A DNA stretch of 62,339 nucleotides, filler included, from Basidioascus undulatus (GCA_000826855.1; 8 parts of 8 records of this genome joined end to end with filler, not necessarily neighbours in it); one strand, 5' to 3'. Shown: positions 35,722-49,453, numbered from the whole stretch's first letter. Translations and numbers: made by a program. Notes: generated by a model not told the origin, from the letters alone.

Positions 35722-37279
35722 CTAGGCCCTCCCCTCCCTCTCCCTCACCTGCCTCGCAAGCTCCACCGCCCACCTTGCGGCCTTTCCCATATCCCCCTCA
35801 ACCTCCACGCGTCCGTCACTTCCCAACCACCCCTTCTCCCTTGCCTCCTTCAGCACCTGCGCCGCACGCTCCTCGCCCGTTCCGCGTAGGCGCACCACCA
35901 TCGGCGGCACGTGCTCGCCGCGCTCCAGGCGCGCGCGCACGGCGGAGACGATCCCCTCTGCGATCAGGTCCGTCTTGGTCAGCCCGCCGAAGGAGTTGAT
36001 GAAGATCGCGCGAAGGCGCGGCGTGGAGAAGAGGATCGAGAGACAGGAGGCCACGTTCGCGGGCGTCGCGCCGCCGCCGCCGTCGAGGAAGTTGGCGGGC
36101 TAGTGGCAGACGACGCTTCCATCAATACAAAGCCTTTCGGTTTTTGGGAACAAGAAGAATGGAGACGGAAGGAGGCAGCGTGTCCGACGCACCTTCCCGC
36201 CCGCCAACGTGAGCGCGTCCATCGTGCTCATAGCCAGGCCAGCCCCGTACCCATAGCACCCGATGTCGCCCTGCTGGTCCCCACCACGGGGGAGGTAAAA
36301 TACCCCTGCGTCTTTCGCGACCTTCTCGAGGGCCGTCGGTACCGGCGAGGCGGGCAGAGCCGCGAGTGCCGGCTGGCGGTGCAGTGCGAAGGGATCGATT
36401 TGGATGGTCGGGTTAAAGCTTTGAGATTGAGTATAATTGAATGGTTAGAAATTCAGGACTAGGACGAGTCGAGTTTAGAAAGAGGGAAAACACACAGGAC
36501 AGCCTTCGCCGAACCCTCCTGCACCCCGAGCGTAATCTCAAGCCGCAGCGCGTCGCTCTCCCTCCACACGCTCCAAAGTCCCTTCACGACCTCCGCGACG
36601 CGCTCGCGGGACGCCTGCGGGATGTCGACCCGCTCGAGGAAGTCCACGAGGAGGGTGTCTTGGATTGAGGTGGAGCGGATGTCCAGCGGGAGTGTGGACG
36701 CTTCCCCATTGGAGGTGGTCGCTGTTAGGGCGGGCGTGTGGAGGGACCGCGAGGCGTGGAGGAGAAGGTGGAGGGAGTGGGACAGCGCGGGAAGCGGGGG
36801 AGAGAGGAAGAGCTTCCAGGAGAGGGTTGTCAGAGGTGGGGCGAGGAAGGAAGCTAAAGTGTGCTGGGAACGCACGTTCGTAGGTGCCGGCGTCGGGAAC
36901 GTGTAGTTCGCCGGGTCAAGCAGCTCCTTCGCCGTTCGACGCGCTTCATCCGCACTGCACACCCAAGAATATGTCCCATCAGCGCCATGTTTTACCACCA
37001 CTCCGTATCCATCCTTCTTTCGAAGACTCACCTCTCCACCTCCCTCCCCAGCCTCTGCGCGGGCCCCTCCGCGCCGACCCACACCCTCCCGCCCGCCCCC
37101 GCAGCCGTGTCGTGTGCGTGCTCAGGCGACTTGGCGAGCGCCAGCGGGTGCACAGGGAGGTTGTGCTGCGCCAGGAGGCGGGTCGTGTGGTGCGAGGAGA
37201 GGTGCAAGTTCCGAGCGCCCCTTCGGGAAAGGGAGGAGGCGGTACGGAAGAGCAGTTGGGGTAGGCGCGGAAGGAACAT
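35722..37279 (-). CDS. Divergent succinyl-CoA ligase beta-subunit-like protein, mitochondrial; 3 introns
   Basis: Presequence MFLPRLPQLLFRTASSLSRRGARNLHL; GDIGCYGYGAGLAMSTMDAL; PANFLDGGGGAT; IFINSFGGLTKTD; PMVVRLRGT. Confidence 0.85.
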
Positions 37280-37548
37280 GGGGAGTCGAGGAGATTTGAG
37301 TTGGATGGAATGCAGATGATGGTAGCGAGCAACGAAGGGTCGATGGTCAGGGGGAAGCTGAGCGAGCAAGGTCAAGGGGCAACCGGTTCAGCCGGTCCAG
37401 CGTGCCGACGTGCCGACGGTTAAACACGGCTAGCCAAGTTCCGACTCTCCACATCACCTTAAGCACAATACACACCATACACACAACTAGAAAGCATCGC
37501 ACTAGAAGGCAGTGAATAATCAATCTATATTCCAACGTGTAAGATCCA

Positions 37549-39040
37549 CTAGCAAAGCCCCGCAACCTCCTCCAACAGCTTCTTCACCTCCCTCTTCACC
37601 TCCGGCGCATTCGCCTTCCCCAGCAGCGTCGCGCGCGCATCCAACACCTCCAACAGCGGCTGGAGGGTGTCTGCATAGCGGGGGGAGAGGTGCACGAGGT
37701 GTGCAAGGGCGGCTGCGAGGCGGTGCACTATGATGCGCAAACCCAACGTCAGCTGACAAAACAATCGAAGCGGGAAAAGAGCGCGACGCACCGGCCTCCT
37801 CATTCTCCTCCCTCCCCAGCGCCTCAACCAGCGCACTAACCACCTCCGTCTCCCACTCCCCATCCTGGTCCTCGGCGCCCTCCTCCCCCTCCCTTTCCCC
37901 CTCGCCCCTCTTCTCCCGCCCGTCCTCCGCGCGCTTCCCCCGCACAAACGCTGCCACATTTACCGCCAGACTGGCAGCGGCCGTGCGCACGCCCGCATCG
38001 CTATGCAGCAGCGCGCGGACGAGGAGGGCCGTGAGGTCCGGGCGCGTGTGGTCCGGAGAAAGTACGCGCTGCGCGAGGAGCGTGTGCGCGAAGGAGTTGG
38101 AGAGGAGGCGGAGAGCGGTTAGGGCTGTGGGGCGCGGGAGGGGCTCGGCGTCCGGGAGGGAGGCGAGCGTGCGCAGGATGGAGGAGAGCGGGTCAGAGGT
38201 GGATGTGCCAGCAGAGGACTCGACGGCAAGGTAGGACGAGACCGTCTTGTCTAGGACGCCGAGGCGGAGGAGGTCGAGGACAGGGAAGAGCTCGGGCGGG
38301 TGCAGCGCCCCGAGGAGGGAGGAAGAGGCGCGCTCCCAAGCGTGGATTACGTCGGGGGTGAAGGTCGAGCTTTGGAGAGCGGGGATGATGGTGGTCTCGA
38401 GGGTGGAGAGGGCGTCGACCGGCGCGGAGGGGAAGGAGCGCAGCTTGGCGAGGAGCGCGGTGTAGTCGGGCGGGGTGGTGAAGAGGATGGGCTGCGTGGG
38501 GAGCGCCCGGATGGTCGGGAGGGAGAGGGAGGCGTGGGGGTGAGCTGCCGGACATTGAGTATTACGGACCTTGCGTCAGTGAGCAGGCTCGGAGCGAAAG
38601 GAAGTAGAAAGGGAGACGACACGCACGAGGGAAAGCAGTAAAGATCAGCAGATCCACCGCCGTCCTAAACGCCTTCGCGTCCGCCCCGCGAACCTCCTCA
38701 TATTTCTCGCCCCTCAAAAACGTGATAAAGGTGGGAGTCGCCCTGACCCCATACCGCTCCGCGATCTGCCCCGCCATCCCGACCCCCAAATCGACCTTCA
38801 CAAACGCCGCGCGGTCCGCGTGTTGTCGCGCGGCGTCCTCGAACGCAGGCGCGATGATGCGGCACGGTGCGCACGTCGCGGAGGTGAAGAATGCCACGAC
38901 GCAGGTGTGCTGCTGCAGGAGGGAGAGAAACGTCTGGAGCGAGTTGGGCGTGTGGATGGAGGAGGAGGGGGTGCGCGCGGAGGCGGCTTGAGCCGCGACG
39001 GCTTGGAGGAGCATTGAGGCGATCGGGGAGGGTCCGCCGC
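37549..39040 (-). CDS. Thioredoxin-PUL domain protein (PPPDE/DeSI-Trx-PUL family), 5'-truncated
   Basis: Thioredoxin VAFFTSATCAPCRIIAPAF...YGVRATPTFITF; PUL-like LFPVLDLLRLGVL...VRTAAASLAVN...VHRLAAALAHL; runs into the linker. Confidence 0.85.
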
Positions 39041-39140
39041 NNNNNNNNNNNNNNNNNNNNNNNNNNNNNNNNNNNNNNNNNNNNTTAATTAATTAANNNN
39101 NNNNNNNNNNNNNNNNNNNNNNNNNNNNNNNNNNNNNNNN
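39041..39140. other. Artificial contig linker
   Basis: 44N-TTAATTAATTAA-44N. Confidence 0.98.
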
Positions 39141-40248
39141 CCCTCCTACCCCGCCCCACCCTTCCCCAACCATCTCTCCCAAACCCAAGGGTACCCACCA
39201 ACGTAACTTCCACCCCTCCTCTCCTCTCCGCCCACCACTTAGCCCCCTTCCGTATCCCCCCGCAGAGCTCAACCCCGCCCCTCCTCCGAGCCGCAGTTCG
39301 ACGGCGCGCAGGATTTCGACCGCGAAAGCGAGTACTCGGGCAAGGACGGCGGGTTCTTTGGCGCCGGGCAAGGGCTAAAGGCGTGTTTGTTTGCGGTGGC
39401 TGGGTGCGTGAGTGCGGTGTTGTGCTGCGCTGGGTGCAGTTAGTGGGGGGAGGAGGGGTGGGAGAGAGGAGAGGGGGCGAGGGAGCAGGATGCAGCTGGT
39501 CTGCGTCAGGATCACGCTCGTTTGCTTTGGACTATGCGCTACATGGACGCTGTACTTCGCTTCTTTGTGCTCTAGCTCTGTTAAGCTGGCATCTCTACAC
39601 TCAAGTCGCGATTCCAGTTTCGCGGTGCTTCATGTGGGACCTGATTACTTCAGCATCCCGAATGAGCGGAAGTGAGCAGCGACTGTTCACGCTCGCCTTC
39701 TCCCAACGTCCATCTCCACACACGCCTACATAGCGCACACACACGCACTTGATTTGCCACACGCATTTCGCTTGACAGGAAGCTTAATACGCAGCAGAGT
39801 AGCGGAGGAAGTCGCTGAGCCACCGCAAAAGGAGAGGGTGAGTCGGCTCTGGGTGAGCGCATGCTGGAAGTGGGACTGGGTGATGGCTCGCCGGTGGTGG
39901 AAGAGAGGGCCGGGTGAGCGCCCCAGTATTTGAAAAGAGGGGACGTCCTGCGGCTTTGAAGCTCTCCAGAACGCCAGGGCGTGGTGGCACCTCATGCGGC
40001 GAGCTGTAAGGCCCGTCGTCTCGGGCTGCGCGATGCACGACGGACCTTTGTCGGGACGATGCTGACCTCTCCTGAGTTGGCGGAACAACCAAAACAGCTC
40101 TTGGGATCCGCGCTGGAGCATAGAGCTTGACTACCTGTCCTGAAGGTGAGTATCCCATGGGCTGTGCGCCGGGGTCGAGTGCGTTGAACCGCTGCCTTCC
40201 CAGACCCACCATCTCCCCTATCATCCCCCCTCCTCGCGCACGCGCACC

Positions 40249-43200
40249 ATGTCTTCCATCCCCTCCCCCTCCGACCTCCTCCCCGCGCTCCTCGCCCTCC
40301 CGCGCGCCTCCTCCTACATCTTCGACCCCGCCCGCGCGCAATCGATCACCTACCTCCTGCACCTCACGCTCCTCGGCCCCTACACCTCGCTCTACCTCCC
40401 CACTCTCCCCTCCATGCCCCCCAGCGCACCCTCGCTTTCCGACCTCCAGCGCCCGCGCCGCCGCGCCGGCATGCCATGCGGGCACGTCTTCGCGCGCGGC
40501 GAGCCCGTCTGGCGGTGCCGGGACTGCGCGCTCGACGACTCGTGCGTCTTCTGCGCGCGGTGCTTCCACGCCACGCACCCGCAGGACGACCCCGCGCACC
40601 CGTTCGCGGGACACCAGGTCGCGCTCACGCTCGAGAGCCCGGGAGGCGGTTGCTGCGACTGCGGGGACCCCGAGGCATGGCGGATCGATCCGGGGCGACC
40701 GCCGCACTTGGATGATGAGGCGCAGGAGCAGGAGCCGTTCCCTGCTGAGGCGGAGGAGCGCGCGCGGGCGACGATCGCGGAGGCGCTGGACTTCATCCTG
40801 GACGTGTTGGAGAATAGTCCCGTGGAGTTGCAGCCGCCTATGACCGTCGCGCAGGTCCGCGGGCAGCCGAGCATGCGTGATGGGGTGGCGGGGGAGGAAG
40901 GGGAGGAGGGACCGTGGAGCGTCGTTCTGTGGAACGACGAGAAGCATAGCTTTGATGAGGTTATTAGTCAAGTGTGCGAGGCGACGGGGTGCTCGGCGGT
41001 GCATGCCCGGGCGGTCGCGGAGCGGATCGACGGCTTCGTGCGTCCCCTCCTCCTACCCCCTTCCTCTCTTCCCCTCCCTCCCTTCATCCCTCTTCATTTT
41101 ACCCTTAGAGTTGCTGAATCACTCTCGTGAATGTGGGGGTTGGGTTCTAGGGCCGCGAAGTCCTCCAAACCTCATCAGACATCCCCGCGCTCCTGCGCAC
41201 GGCGATCATCATCGCGCACATCGAGCTCGCCGTGACGCTCCGTCCGGCGTACGACACATTCCTTGAGCAGGCCGCGCACGTCGTCCTCGCCTTCCTCCTC
41301 GACCTCTGCCGCGTGCGCCCCGCGGCCCTCCGCCGCGTCCTCGCGGAGGAGCTCCTCTCCCCGCGCCGCGATGAAGCCTCCAACACGACCAGGCTCGACG
41401 CGCTCTTCGTCCTGGAGTCGAGGATGTGGAAGAAGGCGAGGGGCATCGTCAAGGAGATGCTCATCTCGCTGCTTGCTGAGGGCCAGGACGTGAAGCTCGA
41501 GATTGGTGAGTGGTGGAGAGGAGGGAGGGGCCGAGGGAGGAGAAGGTTACTGAAAGGAAGGTGGGGTATCTAGGCGCCCGCTTTGCATCCGTCTACCAGC
41601 GCATCGTCGAGTCGTTCCTGATGTACGACCACGAGCCGGAGCTGTCGATCATCATGTTCTCAGTGCAGCTCTTTACTGTCCCCTCAGTCGCGCACTACCT
41701 GTGCACCGCGCCCCGTTCCTCCTCCCCCTCGCTCCTCACGCACCTTGTCGAGATCCTCGAGTCATTCCTCACCGACCAGCGCCTCTCCGCGCGCGAGCTC
41801 CTCGTCCCGCCCGACTTCAACCGAAGCATCATCGACGTCGACGCTGCGCCCTTTCGCCACAAGCGCTACTTCTCCGTCTTCGGCGACCTCCGCACCCTCC
41901 TCTCCACCGCGCATGTCAAGCGCGCCCTCCCTGCCCGCCAAGACATCATCCCACACCTCGTCCGATTCCTCGCGCTCTTCATGGGCATGAACGCCGCGCG
42001 GCGCGCGGCGGTCCAGCACGTCGAGTACGAGAGCGACTCGTGGATCAACGCGTTCAACTGCTCGCTCCAGCTCGGGCGCCTCGCGCGCCTGATCGGCCAG
42101 GCGTTCGAGCACGCCACGCCCGCCCAGCTCCGCGCCACCGTTGAGCATGTCCTGTACGAGATCGGGAGCGCGCTGAGGGCCCTCCCCGGCGCTCTGCCCG
42201 GCTACGAGGATGTTGCATTTGGGGGGAACCGCTTCGTCGTCGTGCGCTTTAGCGTCGCCGCCGAGGACGTCAGCTTCCACCACCCGCTCCATTGGCTCCT
42301 TGCGGAGACGCTCAAGCACTCCAACCTCCTCGCCGATGGGGCGCTCGCCCAGACCGGCGTCGCGGACCTTGCGGAGCTTTTTGCGCGCGCGCCGAAGAAC
42401 GAGGTCGCGACTGTTGCGCTGTTTGACCAGCCGCTGCGAGGTGCGTGTTGGGCATTGCGTGGGTGCAGCGCGTACGGACTGGAGCTGATGAATGTGGGTG
42501 GGGCGGGGGGGTGTCCAGTCTGTGCGATGCTCGCACAGATCCGGACGGGTCTGTGGGTGCGCAACGGCCTCGCGATCCGCGGGCAGCTGCACCACTACCG
42601 GGACGTGCAGTGCCGCGAGTACACGCACGATCAGGACCTGTTCGTCGTGCAGGCGCTGCTCTCCCTCGTCGACGCCGACCTCGCGCTCGTCTCCATCCTC
42701 CACCGCTTCGACCTCGTGCGCTGGTTCGAAGGCCTCTCGTACCACGTCGTGTACGACGCGGCGCAAGCCGCCGCCATGGCGGAGGAGGTGCTCCTCCTCC
42801 TTGTCACCTGCCTCAGCGAACGCGCGAACGTCGAGCGTTGGTCCCCCGAGAAAATCATCCGCCGCGAGATCGTCCACGCGCTCTGCCTCGGGCCCTCGAC
42901 GTTCTCGGACCTCGTCAAGCGCATGCCGGAGAGCATCGTGGACGACGCGATGTATGAGCGCGTGCTTGCCCAGGTCGCCAAGTTCAAGGCGCCCGATGGG
43001 ACGTACGACTTGGGCATGTTCGAGCTCCGCGACGAGTGCTTCGACGAGGTCGACCCGTTCTTCTTCCACTACTCGCGCAACTCGCGCGAGACCGCCGAGG
43101 AGGCCGTCAAGGCGAGCCGGCGCCGGCGCGCTGCGGGGCAGAAGGAGCAGGAGGGCCCGGTGTGCGTGCCGAGGCGGCTGGAGGTCGAGCCTGACAGCCC

Positions 43201-46099
43201 CTTCGCTGCGCTCCCGCGCGTCTTCCGCTCCGAAGTCCTCCACCAGATCATCTACACCGCGCTGGCGTTCGCGCTCGACGAGCGCACGCCGACGGGCGAG
43301 CCCGCGCCGACGCTCACGCACGACGCGCTCATCGACGCGTCCCTGCACCTCGTTATGCTCGGCCTCGTCGAGCAGCCCGAGGTGTTTCCGCACCTCGCCG
43401 CGCGCAAGGCGTTCCACGGCGACGACACGCTCGTCCAGCTCCTGTGCCGTGCGGAGGCAGACGATCGCCTCAAGAACGTCCGCCCCAAGGTCGCTTGCGC
43501 GCTCGACCGCATGGCCCAGCATGTCGCGCCCGAGGTCCGCGCGCACCGGCGCGTGGAGGAGGCGCAGCCCAAGGCGGCGAACGCGGCTGCGAGCGCGGAG
43601 GCGAAGCGCGCGGCTGCCAAGGCCCGCCAGGCGGCGATCATGCAAAAGTTTGCGAGCGCGCAGAAGAACCTGCTCGACCAGTTCGAGGACGAGAACGAGG
43701 ACGAGGACATGGACGAGGAGGGCGGGACGCCCGCGGACGCTATCGAGCCCGAGCGCTCGTTCGGCGACTGCATCGTCTGCCAGGAGGCGCTCAACCAGTC
43801 CGAGCCGTTCGGCAGCCTCGCGTTCATCCAGCCTAGCCGCTTCGTCCGCCACACCCCGCCCAACAACGCCGAGTTCGCGCACGAGCCGTTCTACATGCCC
43901 CGCGACCTCGACCGGCCTGTCCCCGACACGCCCGACCCCATGCCGTCCCACCTCCGGCAGCACATCAACCGCCTTCGGCAGCAGCCCAAGGGCGGGCGCG
44001 CGTCGCCTGCGGTGCCGAACCCGTCCACGCCGGGTTTCCCGCCGGAGCACAACAAGCTCGGGCTGCATGCGTCGGCGTGCGGGCACCTCATGCACCTCCG
44101 CTGCTTCGAGACGTACTACGCGTCCATCGTCAGTCGGCACCAGCAGCAGGTCGCGCGCAATCACCCGGAGAACACGGACCGGAAGGAGTTCGTCTGCCCG
44201 CTCTGCAAGTCGCTCGGCAACGTTGTCCTCCCCATCTTCAAGCGCCCGCAGCACGTCGCGTTCAACACCAAGATCACCGAGTGGGTGCGCACGGCGAGCA
44301 TCGACCTCCTCAAGGACGTCAACAGCGCACAGCTCAACGACTTCCAGGAGCGCGAGGCCGGCTCGGGCGAGTTCCTCCCCTGGTACGCCGAGTCGCCCGC
44401 GGCGGGGTCCCCGCCCGCCCGCGGGCGGCCCTCGAGCGACCCGACGCGCTACATGGTCGACCGTCTCCTCGACGTCGTGCGCCCCATGTCGGCCCAGTCC
44501 GCTGACATCCGCCGCCATGCCAAGCCCGCGTCCCAGCCCCTCCCGCCAGAGGGCATGTACCTCCCCGCCGAGCTCGTCGGGTACACGGTCGCCGCGCTCG
44601 AGATCGCGCAGCGCGGGCAGGGCGCGCCGGGCAAGCTCGTCTCGGACAGTGTCTCAGACACGTCGTTCCTCCTGCTCGAGAGCCTGCTCGGCACGCTCGA
44701 CCACCTCGCGACGCGCCATGAGGTCCACCGCGCGCGTGGGCCGGGCATCATCACGAAGGGCATCTACAAGCGCATCCTTCCGGAGTGGGGGCGGGAGGAC
44801 AGCGTCCGGCAACCTCTCCTGCTCCGCGACCCCCTCTCCGTCCTCGTCGAGACCGCCGCCGTCGCGCCCGAGGCCCTGCGCCCGATGGTCACGCTCACGT
44901 TCTATGCGGCGCTCGTCCGCGCCGTCGTCGGCATCGTGCAGGCCGTACGGTCCGAAGGCGGTGCAGAGCAGCTCATGCTCAAGCCGCCGTCTGACCTCGA
45001 GCTGCCCCCCGCCGACGTCCTCGCGCTCTTCGACAACTTTGCGCCCGTCGTGCGCTTCGTCATGCAGTCCTTCCCCGCGCTGCACAGCGACGCCGAGCTG
45101 CTGCTCCGGGCGCTCTCCCCCGCCCAACTCGCCAAGATGCTCTACTCGTACACCCTCCCCTTCCTCCGCCGCGCTGCGATCCTCGATCGCGTAGTGCGCG
45201 GCGGCGCCGCGCTCTCGGGCGCGCGGCCCTGGGACGGCGGCGCAGTGGACGAGCACGAGCCGTGCGAGTACGTGCGCCTGATCCAGCACCTGCAGGTCAT
45301 GCCCCCGAGCGAGGCGCTCGACCCGACGACGGAGCGGCAGACAACGATCCAGCGCATGGTCGAGGGCTGGTGCCTCCACCTCGGCCACCACGTCCAGGAG
45401 CTTCGCCCGCGCGACTACCCGCTCCGCCTCGAGCACCCAGCACCGTACCGCCTCATCCGCCTGCCCCGCAGCCTCGGCCAGCTCATTGAGGACTGCACGA
45501 CGCGCCCGTGCACCCGCTGCGGAAAGGTCCCGACCGAGCCTGCGCTGTGCCTCCTCTGCGGCACGTCGGTCTGCCACCAGAGCTTCTGCTGTCAGGACCC
45601 GGCGAGCAAGCGCGGCGAGTGCAACACGCACATGCTCAGGTGCGTTCTGCTCGGCCTCTGCAGTCTCCCAAAGTTCCTTTCTAACGGGACGACACAGGTG
45701 CGGCGGCTCGATCGGGATCTTCTTCCTCGTGAAGAAAGCCGCGGTCGTCTACCTCTACGCCAACAAGGGCACGTTCGCTCAGGGGCCGTATCTGGACCTG
45801 CACGGCGAGATCGACATCGGCTTGCGGTAAATTCCTCGCCCTCTTTCTGAGGCCTTCCGTGATCAAAGGCTGACACTGTAACGCTCTCACTGTAGCCGAG
45901 GCAGACCGCAGTTCCTCCACCCGCAGCGATACGAGGAGATCCGCAAGCAGTGGCTGTCGCACGGCATCCCCACCTTCGTCGCCAGGCGCCTAGAGGCGAC
46001 GATCGACCAGGGCGGCTGGGTGCGTGCCGGCATGGATGTCTCTATTTGTTTGACTGCGCACTGACTGATGTATCTCTGGCGCTCCAGGTGAGCTTCTAG
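40249..46099 (+). CDS. UBR1: E3 ubiquitin ligase Ubr1 (N-recognin); about 7 exons
   Basis: UBR box CGHVFARGEPVWRCRDCALDDSCVFCARCF...GGCCDCGDPEAW; ClpS-like WNDEKHSFDEVI; VSFHHPLHW; GLWVRNG; RING CIVCQE...CGHLMHLRCF...CPLCKSLGN; C-terminal PYLDLHGEID. Confidence 0.97.
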
Positions 46100-46761
46100 A
46101 ACGGCATCGTCTTTTGCTTTGTCGTCGATTCGTCTGCATCGTGGAAGTCTTCATCTGCATGGCTTTGTTCTTGCGCCGCATCATTATTGCATACATGTTT
46201 CGAGCTTGACAGCATCATAACGTACATCGAGTGTTTCAATTTTCCAACGCGTGCTAGACAAGGCTGAACCTGATCTGGGGATGCAGGCTTTGCAGGCGCC
46301 CGCCTGCCTGCGTCCCCTTGAGCGAAAGATGCCGGCCTGCCACGCCTTGAATGGGGGGTTGGGATGGCTCAAAGGTCTATAGACGTAGGAAAAGGAGCCT
46401 TTCAGGATCAAGGTGTACGTGCAAACCGATTGGGTGCCGAGCCCGAAGGCCTGGCAGTGGAGGTTGCCGTGACCTGCTCCGTACAGGCCGATGTACACTG
46501 TGCACAATGGCGACCTCCATTATCAGCCAGGCAAAGTCTCGCGGCCGCGAATGCCGGTCGGTGTCCTCGGCGCGTTCGCTACTAACGACTGTATTGCAAG
46601 TTTCGGGCAAAGGTGCTTCTGCAGCGAGCGGCGTCTCATTTTACATGTAAAAGCCATCAAACTTTCTAATCGCAGCCTTCGGCGCAAGATGCAGATAATA
46701 TTCTCACAGGGTTTTCTTCCTTTTCTTTGCCTTTTAAAGGCAGCTTGAACAGCATTCCTTG

Positions 46762-46861
46762 NNNNNNNNNNNNNNNNNNNNNNNNNNNNNNNNNNNNNNN
46801 NNNNNTTAATTAATTAANNNNNNNNNNNNNNNNNNNNNNNNNNNNNNNNNNNNNNNNNNNN
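46762..46861. other. Artificial contig linker
   Basis: 44N-TTAATTAATTAA-44N. Confidence 0.98.
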
Positions 46862-46930
46862 TGGAGGGTGAGAAGGCGCACGCAGGAGGGAGGAGAAGGC
46901 CAGGGGCCGGGGGAGGAGATGCGGACGAAC

Positions 46931-47042
46931 AGAACAGCTGCGGCTCCTTGCGGTCCTTGGGGAGGAAGTCTGGGATGGGCACGGACGGGTCGAGGAAGCG
47001 GTAATTGAGGTCGGCGGTCACGTTGTGCGGCTGCGAAGACAT
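46931..47042 (-). CDS. First exon of a gene truncated by the contig edge; N terminus reminiscent of AsaB/CmcJ-like hydroxylases
   Basis: MSSQPHNVTADLNYRFLDPSVPIPDFLPKDRKEPQLF then a GTTCGT donor; the family guess rests only on the VTAxLNY start. Confidence 0.5.
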
Positions 47043-49453
47043 CGTGTAGACTGCTCGGTGTTGAGTGGGCAGTAGGGTGTGTGTGAAGCGTAGAAGATGC
47101 GGGGAATATCGAGCGACGGGAATCTTGGGCAGCGGTTCCAGGGCGGGTGTGAAGGAGAAAAGAGAAGGGGGATATACGCGGTTTATGCGGGTTATATAGC
47201 GCTGGTGGTGGTGGATTGGGATGGAGGTGGATGAGTGAGCAAGGCAGCGAGTGGGAATGGCCGGGACGATTGCGCGATCCTTATCCTTGGCCTGAATGCG
47301 GCGATCAAGTCCACGCGAGGATGACGCGAGGTGGAGGTCGGCGGTGGCGGCGGCGCTGCGGAGGCAGGCTGCCTGCCAGTCGCGGACTTCGGTATTCCTG
47401 GATGGCAAGCACAAACGCGAAGACTGAGCTCCGCGTGAGGATTTGAGATGCTATGCATGCTCGACGGGGATGCCAAATCGATGTCGAGACTCGAGAGAGT
47501 GATTCAGAAACCTCTAACACGACAGCGCTCCCAGCCCTGCCGCATCGGTATAGCCTTTCTTCGTTCACCCTGCATTACGACTGTACGTATCTTGAAAGGT
47601 GGGTAGCTCGATAGGTTCTGGTAGTTACTTTCTTCCCATGAATTCAACCCTGTGAGTGATCCAGTAACAGGTAGCGTCGGGAACCGCCCGGCGTTGTCCA
47701 AACACTTTCGGGAATTCCGCCAAACAGTCGAACAGCTTTATCGCAGCTCTACTCATGTCTAACGTGTAAGAGACGCGACAGCTAAACCATGTCCAGGAAC
47801 CAAGGCTACCCGTTCACCAAAGCCAAGAAACCCGCTTGTAGATCGAGCCCGGCCTGGCGTGCACGACGGACACCAGCATGCACCAACCAAGCCGCTGCAT
47901 GCAAAGCTTGGAGAACAAAGAGCGCTCAAGGTCTTGTCCTAAAGTTTACATATATTCTTTGGTGCCCGGTCTCCTAGAAACCGTACCGTGTTGGGATCGA
48001 GCGTGTGTGGGAAGCTTCGTTCTAACACTGCGAGACGGCCTGTACAAAACCGAGTCCCTCAGGGTTGAACTTGTGTTAATGGGCATACCTAGCTTTAGAT
48101 TCAAAAGGAAAGAAATATAGGTTAAAGAAGCTAGGCCAGCAATGCAGCCGGAGTGCGGAAACATCGAGTTTCGGAATGTGCCCACGCATACTTGCGCCCT
48201 CCCTTCTCCTTTGATCCACTCCTTTGATCCAATCCTCGCCCTCCCAAACCAGCACCTCACTACCACTTGTTAAGATTCTCCAATCCTCGTCGTCGGCACT
48301 CGGCCCGACTGGAAAGACGCCGCCGTCGCGCGCTCGACAACGACATCGTCAAGGCTGCGTCGTGATGGTACCTCCCACCTCATCCCAGATCCCTCTCTCG
48401 AAGATTCGCTGACAATTTTTCGGCGGGAAGGAATTCACTGTCGACATCCTCTGCCAATCCAAGCTCGACCTGCAGTGCACGCTCTTCCACCAGCTTACCG
48501 ACACGCAGGACGCCGCGGCGCTGTTCGCGGTCGATGTGGAGGTCACTTGCTTGACAACAAAAGCATTATTTAGGGGAAGCTGAAGAGGGGGGAGAGGGGT
48601 TCAGGTTTACAAGAGCTTCAAGTTCTTGAAGGGTGACGTGGAGGGAGTGGGCGCGCCGGTGTGGGTGCTGGAAAGGGCGCTGAGGGCTATTCGGGAGGGG
48701 GAAGTCATGGGGGGGCATGCCGGGTATTAAGCTTGAGACAACGGAGACGATTAAAACTTCTTTCTCTAGCTAGATAGGGTGAGCTTGACTTGGAGGGTGA
48801 GGAAATCGCCGAGCGGAAGAAATACAGTCAGATGGAAATGAGCCTTTGGACTTCTAGCTCTCAAGACTTGCACGATGGATGTTGTCTTTGAAAGGACACA
48901 TATTTCATCTTCAAGGGTTTCTTTTTCCTGCTCCCGTCTAGGTTAATGAAGAACGTGGACTGGACAGGCACCACAAACTGGAGTACACGTAGCAGCGCGA
49001 AATTCGAAACTTGCAGGTACAGGTCTGTGTCCCGTACGACCGACGAGCCCGTTTAGAGCCTAGCGTCGCGGTCATGACGGCCCATTTCGGACCCTCTAGG
49101 CTTTTGAAGAATTTCGGACCGTCCATGTGAGTGGTGAACCTTCTCAGTATGCCATGGCCGTCAAGCTCGTGTGTATTGCAGCTGCTGTAGCCTGCATTCC
49201 GCTCCTCAGCTCATGTTACTGACACGTTAGTCTACCTGTCGGCCTACCTTAAAAGAACTACGTAATATAAAGAATTTATGGGTATGTGTCATATACGCGA
49301 AATCCAAAAAATGCATTGTTACATCGTCTGCGGGCCTTACCAGACCTGATACTGCGGATGAGCGACGACCGGTTGTCTGTCGATGGTATCTGAAGTAACT
49401 CTCTTGCCTTGCTGTTTGGGTTCCTTCCGAAGTCAATCAGTATTTGGCTTTCA

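Noticed and set aside
41762..45631. Very long alternative-frame and antisense ORFs (918 aa, 900 aa, 325 aa) over UBR1
   Set aside because: Expected shadows of extreme GC3 codon bias; low-complexity R/S/A translations with no domain motifs.
48200..48730. Protein-like fragments (FTVDILCQSKLDLQ..., FLKGDVEGVGAPVWVLERAL)
   Set aside because: Multiple stops and frameshifts with no recognisable family; too weak to call.
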